Part shown: piece by piece, positions 12,098-25,179 of the stretch
How the letters are laid out: each line of letters opens with the position of its first letter
How positions within the stretch are numbered: position 1 is the first letter of the stretch
NCBI GenBank assembly: GCA_951406725.2
Contig: OX597814.1
Span: 57,598,001 to 57,662,000, forward strand
Length of the DNA stretch: 64,000 nt
Direction of reading: 5' to 3'
From: Octopus vulgaris
Taxonomy: Eukaryota
Notes under the pieces: model-generated
Database searches by the model: none
Told to the model about the DNA's origin: nothing
The model's input: only the letters and a program-made list of their open reading frames with translations
Translations under genes and position numbers: made by a program

Positions 12098-12619
12098 GGC
12101 GGCGATCTGGTAGAAACGTTAGCACGCCGGGCGAAATGCTTAGCGGTTTTTCGTCTGCCGTTACGTTCTGAGTTCAAATTTTACCGAGGTCAACTTTGCC
12201 TTTCATTCTTTCGGGGTCGATTAAATAAGTACCAGTTATGCACTGGGGTCGATATAATCGACTTAATCCGTTTGTCTGTCCTTGTTTGTCCCCACTGTGT
12301 TTATCCCCTTGTGGGTAGTAAAGAAATAGGTATTTCGTCTGTCTTTACGTTCTGAGTTCAAATTCCGCCGAAGTCGACTTAGCTTTTCATCCTTTCAGAG
12401 TAAATTAAGTACCAATTTCGGGCCTCGTGCTTAGAGTAGAAAAGAATGCTTAGCGGCATTTCGTATCTCTTCACGTTCTGAGTTCGAATTTCGTTGAGGG
12501 GGACTTTGCCTTTCATCCTTTCGGGTTCGATAGAATAAATACCAGTGGCACACTAGGGTCAATGAAATCGATTTACCCTCTCCCCCGAATTGCTGACCTT
12601 GTGCCAAAATTTGAAATCA
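12098..12619 (+). mobile_element. triple nested SINE family 1 (one head, three bodies with tails A, B, C)
   Basis: three B-box/core units; outer 15-bp TSD atattaatagcctgc at 12079-12093 and 12620-12634. Confidence 0.85.
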
Positions 12620-13458
12620 ATATTAATAGCCTGCAAAAAGACACTGGTTATTCAAACCTATCATCAAAGCAATAAACCCACACCTCTTTATTTCCAAGCA
12701 ATATATCCAAAATTATATTATCCAGTATTTATCTCCCCTTTCTTTTAAGATGGTACGTTGTGGTTTGAGGAAAACTTGGTTGCTATTCCTCACTGGTTGA
12801 TTGACTACTTACACCGGTTTCTATGTTGGCTCGAGAAATAAATGTTGACTCAGGTCATAAACACCGACTTTGGAAATAAGAGTTGACGTATATGAAATGA
12901 TGTGTTCTTTTATTTGACAGCTTCTGATATGTAGTAATCTTTTCATTGGCAGTTTGAAACTGAAATATTTTTCCCATTAGAATACATTATCGCATTCACG
13001 TTAATCCCATAGCAACAGACAAATTATTAACCAACATAGCAAGCAATAACCAGATCTTTTGATCTTTTCGACAGATTACTCTTGTCTGGTTGTCTGTGTC
13101 TAGCTGTCAGTGTCTGTCTGTTTGTCTGTCTGTGCTTGTCTGTGTCTGTCTCCTCCCTCTCCCTGCTTGTCTCTGTCTCTTTGTTTTTGCGAATTATGTA
13201 AGTTATGAACCGCACGTTATTCTTTGGGTTCACAAACGACATTCTCATTGTTACTTCGAGTACATATTTTGCAGATAAGACCAACCATAGGTACCTTACA
13301 TGCCCTTAAATACTACAAAGACATCGTAAAAATGTTTCATTTGAAACATAATAATCTGGTCACCTTGTAACGCATGATAGGAACTAACAAGCTTCAATTG
13401 TCTTCCTGGCTCAATCTTCTCAAAATCTGAATCTTCTTTCAGGGACTATGGGTTAAAA

Positions 13459-15404
13459 ACGAGTGAGCTGAAAAGTTGATTGGCCGACTATGAAGGAGTG
13501 ATGCTTGAGAAATGAAATCTTGAACACATTAATTTCATTTCTTCTTAATAATAACTACATTGTTTCCTTCCAGGTAAACCGACATCTGACTGTTCAAAGA
13601 GGAGTTCAGAAATAACTAGTTGCGACTTCTCTCGAAAATAAAAAAAAATTGGCATTGTGATGTTAACAAGTATTTGCAGAAGAACGATTTAGCACCCTAG
13701 GACATTCATGCTGACATCGTAGCTACATTAGGGGATACCACTCCAGTTTTATCAACTGTGCAAAAGTGGGCAGGTGAACTGAGGAGGGGAAGGGAGAGTC
13801 TTGAAGATGACCCAAGGTCTAAAATTTTACAACTGCCACCACTGAAGAAAACATTGATCATGTTCACCATATCTGATGGATGACGGGCAAACGACTATAA
13901 ATAAAATAGCCAATACTATTAGCATATTTCGTGGGAAGGTTGAGAATATTCAATTCAATGAACTTGGCATGACGAAGGTTTCTGCTCGGTGGATGTCACG
14001 TCTTCTGACACCTAATTAAAAAGCAGCAAGCTGATCACATCTCGGGAAAATCTGACATTGTTTGAGGCAGATCTAGCTGCTTTCCTTGAACGTTTTTTAA
14101 GAGATGAAGCTAACACTCATCCTGGGTTCATCACTTTGAGCCAGAGACAAAGAGACAATCCAATCAGTTAAAACACCCTCTTCACCTGCTCCAAAGAAGA
14201 CTAAAGTAGTTTCATCTGCAGGGAAAGTGATGTCCTCATCATTTTGGGATGCAAAAAGTATTATTTTTATTGGCTATCTTCAAAAGGGCCACACTATCAA
14301 TGGAGGGTACTATGCCAACTTGTTGAGGCAGTTACAAAAGGCAATCGAGACCAAATGCTCTGGGAAACTGACAAAAGGGGTCTTCTTTCATAAGAGCAAT
14401 GCTCTAGCACAGAAGTCTGTGGTTTCGACTGTGGCCTTGTTCTGGTTGATCACCCTCTTCTCTCTGACTTGTCCCCATCTGACTATCATCTCTTCACCTA
14501 TTTCTTTATTACGCACAAGGGGCTAAACATAGAGGGGACAAACAACGACAGACAAAGGTATTAAGTCGATTACATCGACCCCATTGCGTAACCGGTACTT
14601 AACTTATCGACCACGAGAGCATGAAAGGCAAAGTCGACCTTGGCAAAATTTGAACTCAGGACGTAGCGGCAGACGAAATACCGCAAAGCATTTCACCCGC
14701 TGTGCTAACGTTTCTGCCAGCTCGCCGCCTTACAAACACACATATTGTTTTTATATCTACTTTTTGGTATATATTCATGTAGGCGGATGATATTAACTAT
14801 GTAAGCGTGGCAGACTTCATAAGTCAATAAAAATACTATGCCAATAAAGAAATTTTACGTCAAAACGTTTGTTATTGGATATATTTTATCGGTATTGAAA
14901 GATGCTTTGTTGTTGTTGTCTAACTTTTGAGAGCTCAAAATAGGCACATTTATCAGCAAAGCAGTTCTAGCCATAACCGTCCCTTCTTTTGTTTCATCTG
15001 TACATAAGGATGCATTACTCATTTTATCGTTCGTTAAACTGAGGCTTAGAGGCTTAGAGGCTTCGATGACTACTTATAAGTTCACTTTTAGCTCGTTTTT
15101 CGGCAGACGAGATACGGAAACGCATTTCGCCCGGCGTGCTAACGTTTCTGCCAGCTCGCCGCCCCATCATCTCTTCACCAACATGAAAAAAGACCCCACT
15201 TAGCTGGGAACCAGTATGGCAGTAATGATGATGTCATATCTGTTGTTGATTTCGTTTTTGACCAACAGGATGACAGCTTCTTCACCAATAGGATCCAAGC
15301 ACTGCAAATCCGATGAAAGGAGACAATGTTGAAAAGTAAACTTCACTTGGTCACATTCCATGAGATTATCTTCTTCAGCCTAAGAACTTTTCAGCTGAAC
15401 CTCT
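13459..15404 (+). mobile_element. near full-length decayed mariner (DD34D, irritans-like), interrupted at 14499-15165
   Basis: TIRs gag..agctgaaaagtt and aacttttcagctgaacctc; peptides STVQKWAGELRRGRESLEDDPRS, KVSARWMSRLLT, WVHHFEPETKRQS, SAGKVMSSSFWDAK, DLSPSDYHLF. Confidence 0.88.
14499..15165 (-). mobile_element. chimeric SINE insertion carrying a copy of local sequence 11400-11750
   Basis: 14-bp TSD atcatctcttcacc at 14485-14498 and 15166-15179; two SINE heads; 14730-15096 matches 11469-11750. Confidence 0.85.
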
Positions 15405-15667
15405 TAAATTTCCTTAGCGTATAGGAAACTTCCCGCTATTTTTGACAAAGCCGTGGGGAAGGCAGCTCTTGTAGGTGTCAGATACTCTGACATACAACTT
15501 ACAGTCAAAATAATACCAGTCATCATGCAGGTTGTCACAGGAACCTATTATAGCGATCGAGAGAGTGCCTTTTGTCACTTAAACCCGATGATGTACAAAT
15601 CTCTCTCTATCATAATGAGAGACATCTATCATCTGACAAGATGGAGTAATTTTTATGCATATACGTA

Positions 15668-16540
15668 CAAGGTGTCCCAAAAGTTACTGATGGGTTTCGG
15701 TTTTTAATAACTTGCTTAACTTCACAAATAGATGTATGAAATTTTGACACAATATAAAGGACATAATGAAAACTAATATGCACAAGTCAAATTTTGCAAC
15801 ACCACTACATCGCATATGAAAAACGACATCGCTTAAATGGCAGCCATTTTCGACTTCGCACGCCCGTACTCTTTCCAAAACTTGCACCATAACTCACTCA
15901 AGAGTTTCAAATCTTACTTCTCGGAATTCTCTATCGATGTTCTCCTGCATCAGGGTCTCCGATTTGTTGACGTAAACACTCCCTTTCAGGCACCCCCACA
16001 AGGAATATCCGGACTAGTCCGGGGAACGTGAAGGCCATTCAAAGTAGACCTCACACATGGTTTCAACAAGATAGGGCAACTGCTCATACCGCAAGAGAAA
16101 CAATGCAGTTGCTACGGCAGTGCTTTGGAGATAGAATAATCTTCTGCTACGGAAATGCCAACTGGCCTTCACGTTCCCCAGACTTGACTAGCCCGGATTT
16201 ATTTGCGGGGATACCTGAAAGAGAGAGTCTACGTCAACAAACCGGAGACCCTGGTGCAACTGAAGGAGAACATCAATAGAAAGATCAGAGAAGTGGGGTC
16301 AGAAACTCTTGAGTGAGTTATGGTGCAAACTCTAGAAAGAGTACGGGCGTTCGAAATCGAAAAGGGCTGCCGTTTAAGTGATGTCATTTTTCATGTGATG
16401 TAGTGGTATTGCAAAATTTGAGTTGTGAGTATTAATTTCTGTTATGTTCTTTATATTGTATCAAACTTTCCCGCATTTATTTGTAAAGTTAAACAAGTTA
16501 TTAAAAATAGAACCCTATCAGTAACTTTTGGGACACCCTG
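15668..16540. mobile_element. palindromic non-autonomous DD41D (rosa/VS-type) Tc1/mariner element
   Basis: TA-flanked TIR caaggtgtcccaaaagttactgat and atcagtaacttttgggacaccctg; WFQQD...WPSRSPDLTSPD with 41 residues between the 2nd and 3rd D; both arms carry the transposase C-terminus. Confidence 0.85.
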
Positions 16541-16639
16541 TATATACATAAAAGTATATGAACTATCTATAGGTTTCAAAGAACAAAATTTCAGCTGGTA
16601 GAGCAACTGAACTACATACTGAAGAAATTATATTGTAAA

Positions 16640-16890
16640 TGGCTGGGTATTCCTCAGGCACATGTACTCTTAACACACTCCCAAGGCAGAATCAGTATGA
16701 CAGTATGTGAGATCGTCACTTTGAATTACAAATATAGTCCGTCCGACGAGATTCGACATAGTTTCCGTCTGTCTGATTTTGATAATAAGGCTTGAGTTAA
16801 TCTGTTATCTTAGAAAGCACTTGTCTAAGACCTCACTTAGTGGGATCAATCACGAGAACTTATAAGGAAGCGGAAGCGATATTCTTAGGT
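16640..16890 (-). mobile_element. degraded SINE fragments (family 2/3-like)
   Basis: gtttccgtct...gcacttgtctaag...gtgggatcaa resembles the reverse complement of 31180-31280. Confidence 0.35.
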
Positions 16891-17049
16891 ACTCGACCAC
16901 AAAATCCTGCAAAATTACATAAACACACACCATAAATATAAGTCTGGGTTGGTATATCCTTGTGTGAGGGTGTGTGCATGTGTGTGTGTGTGTACGTTTA
17001 TATATATGCATACATACATATATATATATATATCCAATGAGGCCTAAGA

Positions 17050-17580
17050 ACCACAATTAGTACCAACCTTAAAGAAGTCAACTTCTTAGATATTAGCATG
17101 AACCTTAACACTGGAAAATTTGAACCTTACCACAAACCAAAAGAGGAAACCACATACATAGACATATGTTCCAACATCATCAGGTGCGTCTCCAATGTAT
17201 CCACCGACAAAAATACTTTTGAAAAAGCTGCCCCATACTATAATGCTACATTAGATAGGTCCGACTTTAAGAATAGCATATACAAACGCAGACAGAGGAA
17301 AATCTTATGGTTTAATCCACCTTATAGCATGAGTTTAGCCATTAACATAGCTAAAGAATTCATAGAATTAATCCACATTCACACAAATATTACAAGATCT
17401 TCAACAGAAATACTGTTAAAGTTAGCTATAGTTGCCTCCTCGATATAGGGTCAATAACACTCATTCACAATAAATATAAACAAACCAGAAACACCCACGA
17501 AAGACCATGCAACTGTAGATCCTCAAACTGCTGCCCTTTAAACAGCAACTGCCTCGAGAAAGAATTCGTATAGAAGGCCA
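17050..17580 (+). pseudogene. Penelope-like element fragment (Naiad-like), RT C-terminus, thumb and linker
   Basis: VNFLDISMNLNTGKFEPYHKP, RKILWFNPPYS, KIFNRNTVKVSYSC, CNCRSSNCCPLNSNCL. Confidence 0.75.
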
Positions 17581-18042
17581 GGATCAGGGAACCCAATTAA
17601 AGTATAAGAACACCACACCCAGAACAAAAACAGAATAATGCAAACAAATTGACCACATAAAAGTTTGCCTAAAAGACAAATATTCAAAAGATTCTACCCA
17701 GGAATAGTGTCTATTGATTGATTGTTTTATTCACGAGAACTAACGAGTATCTCCATGAACAAAACGAGGCTGTTTTCCAGAATGGAAGCGAACATCTTTC
17801 TCCATGTGATCGGCTTGAAAAATTGTCAAGACACTAGGATATTTTCCTGCTTTTTTAAACATGAAACCAATGGTAGCCTTAATTCACAAATAAAGAAATC
17901 ATGTATGTACTATGACTGCTCAGTTAGTTTTTACCACTAAAACTCTGGCTTCAACTGCAACGGAAAGTGTGGTGTTGAGACTTCCTATCAGAGTCGGCTA
18001 GAGGTGGCTTTCCCTTGAGCAGGTAGGTATATATTACAGTAA

Positions 18043-18150
18043 AAATGAGAAAGCAAAACGTTTGGCATCACTTGAAAATCACATTTAATTTAGATTATAT
18101 TCTCTGAAATAAATATCCATCAAGTGATGCCAAACGTTTTGCTTTTTCCT
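18043..18150. repeat. short fold-back element with about 26-bp arms
   Basis: aaagcaaaacgtttggcatcacttga and tcaagtgatgccaaacgttttgcttt. Confidence 0.75.
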
Positions 18151-18203
18151 TTTCACTTTAATCTATATATTTATGCGTGTGTATATATGTATTCATATAT
18201 ATA

Positions 18204-18266
<63 letters not shown>

Positions 18267-19105
18267 ATACATACATTCATACACACATACTCACGCATAT
18301 ACACACACACGCACGCACACACACACACACACACACAGACACACACATATCAAATGATACAAATCTAACTAGTTTCTAGCTCTCAGGCGAAATAGCACTA
18401 TCTATGAACAACAGGAATGTCCAATAAATGGATGTTATGAAAATCTGGAAACGCCAGACAACATTTCAGTCATCGGAAAATGACCACTCAAGATAAGAAA
18501 AAAGAACAAGTAAAAGGTAAGTTATGAACCCTGGAGCAGTTCTCTCCTCTTAAGGAAAGTTTTCACCCTCTCTGTCATCTTATGATAGACACTCATTTTC
18601 TCTCTTCCCCTCGTACTCCGTAAGCAACACTAAGGGACATCACTATGTAGTCACCAGTCAAGTAATCATGCATATATATATGAAGAAGAGAATGAACACG
18701 TGAAACATGTATCAGTTTATTGCATGGAATTATAATTCAGGCATGATTGTATAACTGTAGAGTTGTTAGCGTAAATAGAAATAATTAGAAATTAAGAAGT
18801 TGTGCATGAAGTTTTTTTACACCTATTTATAGAATAGCTGTGTATATAGTACGAGTCTCATTGAACAAAGATTTCCACATAAAAGCCAGCAATGCCGTCT
18901 TCAGAGATGAAGACTTAAGAGATATCGTTCATAAAGGTTATTCTTATTTATGAGTTCCATCGTCGAAGAGAGAGTGAGATATTTCATGAGTCGAAGTCCT
19001 GCAAGGAACACAGGGCAACAGAAAAGATAGTCTTGAATGAATAAGAGGAGACAAAGACCAACTGGTATAGCGAAGGCATATATAACTTAAGAGTTAGACA
19101 CACAT

Positions 19106-19152
<47 letters not shown>

Positions 19153-20989
19153 AACACATGTCCATATTGTGTGCACTTATTTTGTATTTTGTATACATAT
19201 AACATTACATCATTACATATATATATATATTTATGTATGTATGCATGTATATATATATATATGTATAAACACACACACACATATGTATAAGTACGTAAAT
19301 GTATACTATCTTACGCAATACAAACACAGAGGTATTGGAAAAATCAATCATATGAAACCTAAATCAGAATATTCTGCTTGAAAAGCAGCTCAGCAATGGT
19401 GAAAAAAATGCATGATTGAATTCTATATAAATTAAGAATATACCAATAAATATATTTGTCAAGAATCGTAGTATATACACTGCAGAAGAAAATTTATAGA
19501 TACTGAAACGGTAACATAAGACGATAAACGTAATAATGTCAATAGAAATTTTGATATGATGTTAAAATATGATGTTAAAACATATACAATATCACTCCTG
19601 GGAATAGTTAGATTGAACACATAAATGTACACATACGCTTATATAGATTCATGTTGTACTCAGAAGATTTGGTTATGTTTTCATTTTGAACTGTCTAACG
19701 AAATTCGAAACATTTTATATGTGCGTGAAGTATCAGAATATAATAGCACACGTGTCGTAGTCATACATCACAAAGAAAATTGTTCTCGCATTGAATTGAG
19801 ATTAAGTTTTAATATAATGAAATGAAAGACAAGATCAGGGATCAAATAAACTACGTTGTTGATGTTCTTTCACCTCAGGTCAATTCCAATTGAACATACC
19901 ACCATTTTTGAAGATCAGATAGCACATAGTCCAATGAAATCTTTTATATTGAAAACGGTTGTGTGCAATTTCAGCGAAATTTGTCTGCTATTTCTACAAG
20001 CTTGACGTCGTAGATGCGTTTATCTGTGTATCAGTGTGTGCATGCTGGTAAGTAGGTGAAAGCGAATTGGTTATTGATACCAAATAGAAAGGCTCATACG
20101 TGTTCTAAAGATGGAATTTTATATAGCTTCCCATAAGTAGAAACAGGTGATATTTGTAAAAAAATATAAGGTTAAAGAATAAGATAACAAACTGTATAAC
20201 CGAAGATATGAAATTTATTGAATATTATTCTATGATGTAGAGCAATTATAATATTTTACTGTTGATCACAGAAAACAGAACTTTTGCTATATGAACTTAG
20301 AGGAATAAATTACAGGAAGTAAAAAGCAGAGAAACAATAAACAGCAAAAAAATGATGAACCGTGGTAAAAAGTCAATGCATTATGATGTGAAGGAAAGGA
20401 AAAGAGAATGGTGCTTTTGTCATTTGTTTTTTGTGTAGAAAGATGGAAGTGAAAGTCAAAGGAAAGGTTCCTAGAAAATAAAACAAGCGTGTAGTTAGTG
20501 AAGAAGCATGACGGCTAATGGTGGACAGAAAGTAAGCGACAGTTAATGTTTATAGCAAGAAGGTTTGAGGGCTAATGTCAGAAAACATTGGAGAAATTTA
20601 GCTAGAGTGAAGTTATGGTCAGAACGTGTGTATATTTTTGTTTGAGTTTGTAAAGGAGTTCAGAATTAAGTATGTGAGAGGTTGTGCAAATGAGCGTATA
20701 TGAATTTGGGCGCGCGCGCGTGTGCGTGTGTGCGCTATATTTGTTTGTGTATACATCCGGTGATAAGGAATTTTACTAGAGGCTGTGTAAATGTTTGTGA
20801 TATTGATATCAAATACTGGATGATATTGATGTGGATAAGATATGGATATACCAGGTAGCGAAAGAAAATATTTCAACGTGAATAAAAGTCAATAACAATG
20901 TTTGTGTTGTGAAGATATGAAGATGTAATTGAGGGTAGACAGGTAGAAAAGGGGTGATGAGAAGTACATACGTGAGCATGTACCGGTCT

Positions 20990-22700
20990 GTGAAGTGTAT
21001 GTAAAAGCAACAGGGTTATTGATAACGGTCAGAGAGGCTGTGTGCTAGCGGATGTTCAACGGTTGATCGCGACAAAGCAGGGAGACGGGATGAAATTAAT
21101 GTTATACGAGGCCGTAAGATGAAGATATGAGCAAGATGAAGATAAGAGTAGCCTGCAAACTTAAGGTACTGGGCGAGAGATTTGAGCAATTCAGGGCTAT
21201 TTCGTTGGACGTCTAATAAGTGCTCTTTAAAATGATTGGTTAGCCTCCGATCGGTTTCCCTCGTATAAAATAAGCCATAGAATTTGATGTAATAGATGAC
21301 ACTTTTGTAAGTGTAAGGGAAACGACCCATAAATTTCAAAGAGAATCAAGGATCACTCAAGACAGTGAAATTCTGGGTGAAGGTGGTGGTGTTACTACGG
21401 GAATGGAAGTGAGTAAAGGACCAAATTTGATGTAGTAAAAAAGTGAAGGAAGTGTGAACAGATAGCTGCTCAAGTTGCAGTAGTATCTGAGGGAAGGGAT
21501 AGGGTGTCATAAAAGATTTGGAAGGACGGAGGGTCGCATTGGAGTTGACGGGAATTTTGCAGAATGAGTACTGGATCGGGTGCGAGGGGAGGTGGAAGCT
21601 GAGAGGTAGAAATTAAGCTGATTAGTAATGAGGCAAAAAAGAATTGCTTTTGTTAGCAAATGTGTAACAGAAAGCAGTGTCGGCGACCAGTTGGGGTTAA
21701 TCAGATTGCAGTGGTCTATTTGACAGGACTTGGTCTCGAAATAAGAAGTGGTGGAGTTGGGGAAACTTATGAGGAGGGTATAGTGATTACATGGGAGTGG
21801 GGTTCGATGAGATGAACTTGGGATAGGGTTGGAAGATAAAGAGTCAATAGAACGGAAATGTCTATGATGGTTGACGCGTGTTTTAAGATTGTGTGGACGG
21901 CTGAACGAAGAAGGAAGCGATCTGTTTGCAGATAAGGGAGTAATTCTCACTAGTTACTAATGTACAAAGACAAAATCAAAATTTTACAGGAAGATATTAA
22001 TTCCAATCTTCAGTTTAGGATATGCCTACCTCGGAAGTACATTGGCTGTTGAGCAATTAGGAGCTAGTGCAATAACGAATTCTGTAATTACTTTTGTAGT
22101 TTGTGATGTGTTGGTCTCTTTATGACTAGATTTATTTTGATAGACTTCTGTATTTCTGTTAATACTCTTAAATGATCGAGTATGCTAAGTTAGTTCATTC
22201 CTTGAAAAGCTCTTCCACAATGCAATGTAGAATTGGGAGTGGTGGTAAGGTAACTTATAATTAATAACTTAATCACAATATATTTTTGAATCTGTGAAGC
22301 AAAAACCGTCTAGAGGGACAGAGATGGGAAAATTCTAGATTTATAATGTTGATGTTGCCTGTCAGGTAAAATTTGGTGTTAAAATTTATGGTATACATTT
22401 TGTAAAGACACTTAGCCTGAATGTGGAATGAACCAAAAGGTTTGACGTTTTCTGTATCAACAGAGGTGGGGATGTCTGCTGTGGCTGTCTATTTAATTGT
22501 ATATCAAGCAAATCTGCGTGAGTGCACCACTATTAATAGTAAAGGATTCTTAAAAGAGGTTATTCTGAAGAAATGGCTGACAAGCGCATACTAATGATGA
22601 TGGATGGAAGTGATTGATTCCTTATTGATGTATACAAGTTTCTCACTGGGTTTTCTATTTGGGTGAGAACTATTAGTGTTTAAGATTTGAGTAATAGGTA
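20990..22700 (-). pseudogene. old Penelope-like element; GIY-YIG endonuclease relic at about 21130-21330
   Basis: GRFPYTYKSVIYYIKFYGLFYTRETDRRLTNHFKEHLLDV matches F.C...VIY.I....YIGET.R.L..RF.EH; the upstream extent rests only on strand composition and is uncertain. Confidence 0.55.
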
Positions 22701-23151
22701 GGAAATCGATGGCATCTGAATTCTTCGTCCCAACTATTTTCCAAAGTTGCTAACCCCCCCCCCACCAACAACAACTCACAAACACACATAAAAACAAAAA
22801 CTCACATACACCTAAGCACACGTTTGTAACGATTGCTGTCAAGTGTTCGTATTTCAACCAATGAAATTACTTATATATTTTTTCTTGCTAGCAGCGTAGA
22901 TAAGGAATTTAGCTTATGTACTACATAGCGGCAATGGTAAGTGTTAAGGAGAAATGGCGTGATGCTTGTGGTTTGAAAACATGAACGTCACGTCAATATA
23001 CATTAGCCTTGCAATTATACAAGTTGTTGATACTGTACGACATTAATAGTCCTCTGTCGTAAACACCTTTTGCAGTAAACAAGTTATTCGCAAAGGAGAC
23101 GGTAATTTGACTTCATAAATATTGAATTTGTACTATTGATGTATGGGTTAG

Positions 23152-23163
23152 TTGCTGCTGCTG

Positions 23164-23228
<65 letters not shown>

Positions 23229-23300
23229 GCTGCTTCTACTGCTGCTGCTGCTGCTGCTGCTGTTGCTGCTGTTGATGATGATGATAATGATGATGATGCT
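23152..23300. repeat. compound trinucleotide microsatellite (CTA/CTG/GAT)
   Basis: directly visible. Confidence 0.95.
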
Positions 23301-23730
23301 GGTATTGCTGTTGCCTCTGCTACTACTTTTATTTTTCCCGTATGAATTTATATTGCTCTATCGAGTGCACTTTCGTCTTCTCCAGGTGTGGGCGGCATTG
23401 ACATCTTTTGGCTGTAGAATTCAAGAAATAGTTGTCTACAATACTCATTTTGCTTTGTTGTAGGGTTTCTTTCTTTTTTTGTTTGTTTCTGGTAATACCA
23501 TGTAGCTTTGTTAGAATATGTGAAATATCAGTTGTGATTTTTATGGTGTTGGCAATTGTATTTCGTATGTACGTGAGGTGTGAGATGTGATTTTAATGTC
23601 TGCTTGCTACTGGATAGAGAATGTGTAATGTGGACTGGGTTAAGTTGTGTTATATATTATTGAACAGTAATTGTATACAATGTAAGTTATATCAATTGTT
23701 GTTGATATGTGGGTTGTAATATCATATAAG

Positions 23731-24163
23731 TTTCAAATTTTGGCACAGAGGCAGCTATTTTAGGGGAGGAGTAAGGCAGTTAATAGACTCCAGTAGTCAA
23801 CTGAAACTTGTTTTATCGACTACAAAGGGATGAAACGCAAACTCGATCTCGGCAGAATTTGAACTCATAACACAAAGACAGACGAAATGCCGCTAAACAT
23901 TCTGCCCGGAGTGATAACGATTCTGCTAGCTCATCACCTTCACGGATGAGATACAATATGGATTTCAAATTTTGGCACAAGGCCAGCAATTTCGTTGGAG
24001 GGCTAAATCGATTACATCGATCCAGAGGGTTCAATTGATATCTATTTTATCGACAACGAATGAAAGTCGACTTCGGCGGAATTTGAACTCAGAACGTAAA
24101 GATGGAAGAAATACTGCTAAACATTTTGTCTAACGTGCTAACGATTCTGCCTGCTCGCCGCCT
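23731..24163 (-). mobile_element. two tandem SINE family 1 copies (tail C): about 23731-23940 and 23960-24163
   Basis: each runs tttcaaattttggcaca...ggaatttgaactca...aacgattctgc. Confidence 0.8.
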
Positions 24164-24914
24164 GAGATGAAGTATTGAACAACCTCGTTTGTTGAGTCTT
24201 ATCAATTTTTCAATGATTTCTTTGTTTTACGGTAGATTATCTCTTTTATAGTAATCCGTTCTTGCATTATATTTTCAGTGGTTATTCTTTCCCCAAATTG
24301 TATTATTTTTGAATTTTGAACTTTGTTTTTATGAATTTTCGTTCATACGACAGTGTGTTTCGACTCATGTTTTCACTTCTTGATTACTCCATTATTCTAG
24401 TTCGTCCATCCGAAAAGGTCTTTCTGTCCTTTGTTAACCATGTGAGAGTGCGTCACTTTTGAACAACGTATTACATTACATTCGAACGAACTCGCATTAG
24501 AATCAGGCTACACCATTCATCAGATATTCTGGCGTGGGTGGATGGTGTTTTGTTGCCGTTCGATTTGTTAATGTGCATAGATTAGTTACTTTTAAATAGC
24601 GTTGGTTTTCTTCAGTTTGATTAGCAATCCCAATAACACACCAGAAATAGCTTCTATTATAAAAAAACCCCTCAAGCATCCTTAAACACAATTAATCAGA
24701 ACCATGCAAAATCGAAATCAGGCGGCTTTACACTGGCAGCAAGATCTGCGAGATGGTATTTCTTTTTGATGTGTCAAGAATACCTGTGTTTTGTGTGTGA
24801 CATCTTAAATCACAGCATGTGGTTCTTCATCATTTCGAAGATCCTTTCTTGTTTCATTATTTTGTTCCTTTTGCATTTCAATTTTTTGCCCGTTCATTCG
24901 AAGTCAACTCCCTG

Positions 24915-25080
24915 CTATTTTATCGAACCCGAAAGGATGAAAGATAAAGTTCAATTCCCTCTGGTGTCAACTTTGCCTTTAATACATCTGGGGTCGATAA
25001 AATAGAGTATCAGCCAAGTACTGGATTCGGCGGAATCGACTAACCCCTGCTTTCAACATTGCTAACCAAGTGTGTAAATC
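24915..25080. mobile_element. head-to-head SINE family 1 core fragments
   Basis: tattttatcgaacccgaaaggatgaaagataaagtt followed by aactttgcctt...ggggtcgataaaata. Confidence 0.55.
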
Positions 25081-25109
25081 ACAAATTCTTATTATCATCA
25101 TCATCATCA

Positions 25110-25178
<69 letters not shown>

Positions 25179-25179
<1 letters not shown>

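Noticed and set aside
12098-12190. tRNA-like A/B boxes here and at other SINE heads
   Set aside because: No complete cloverleaf; they continue into SINE core and tail, so they are not tRNA genes
23340-23700. Possible Penelope GIY-YIG C-terminal relic on the minus strand
   Set aside because: Too degenerate to support beyond strand composition
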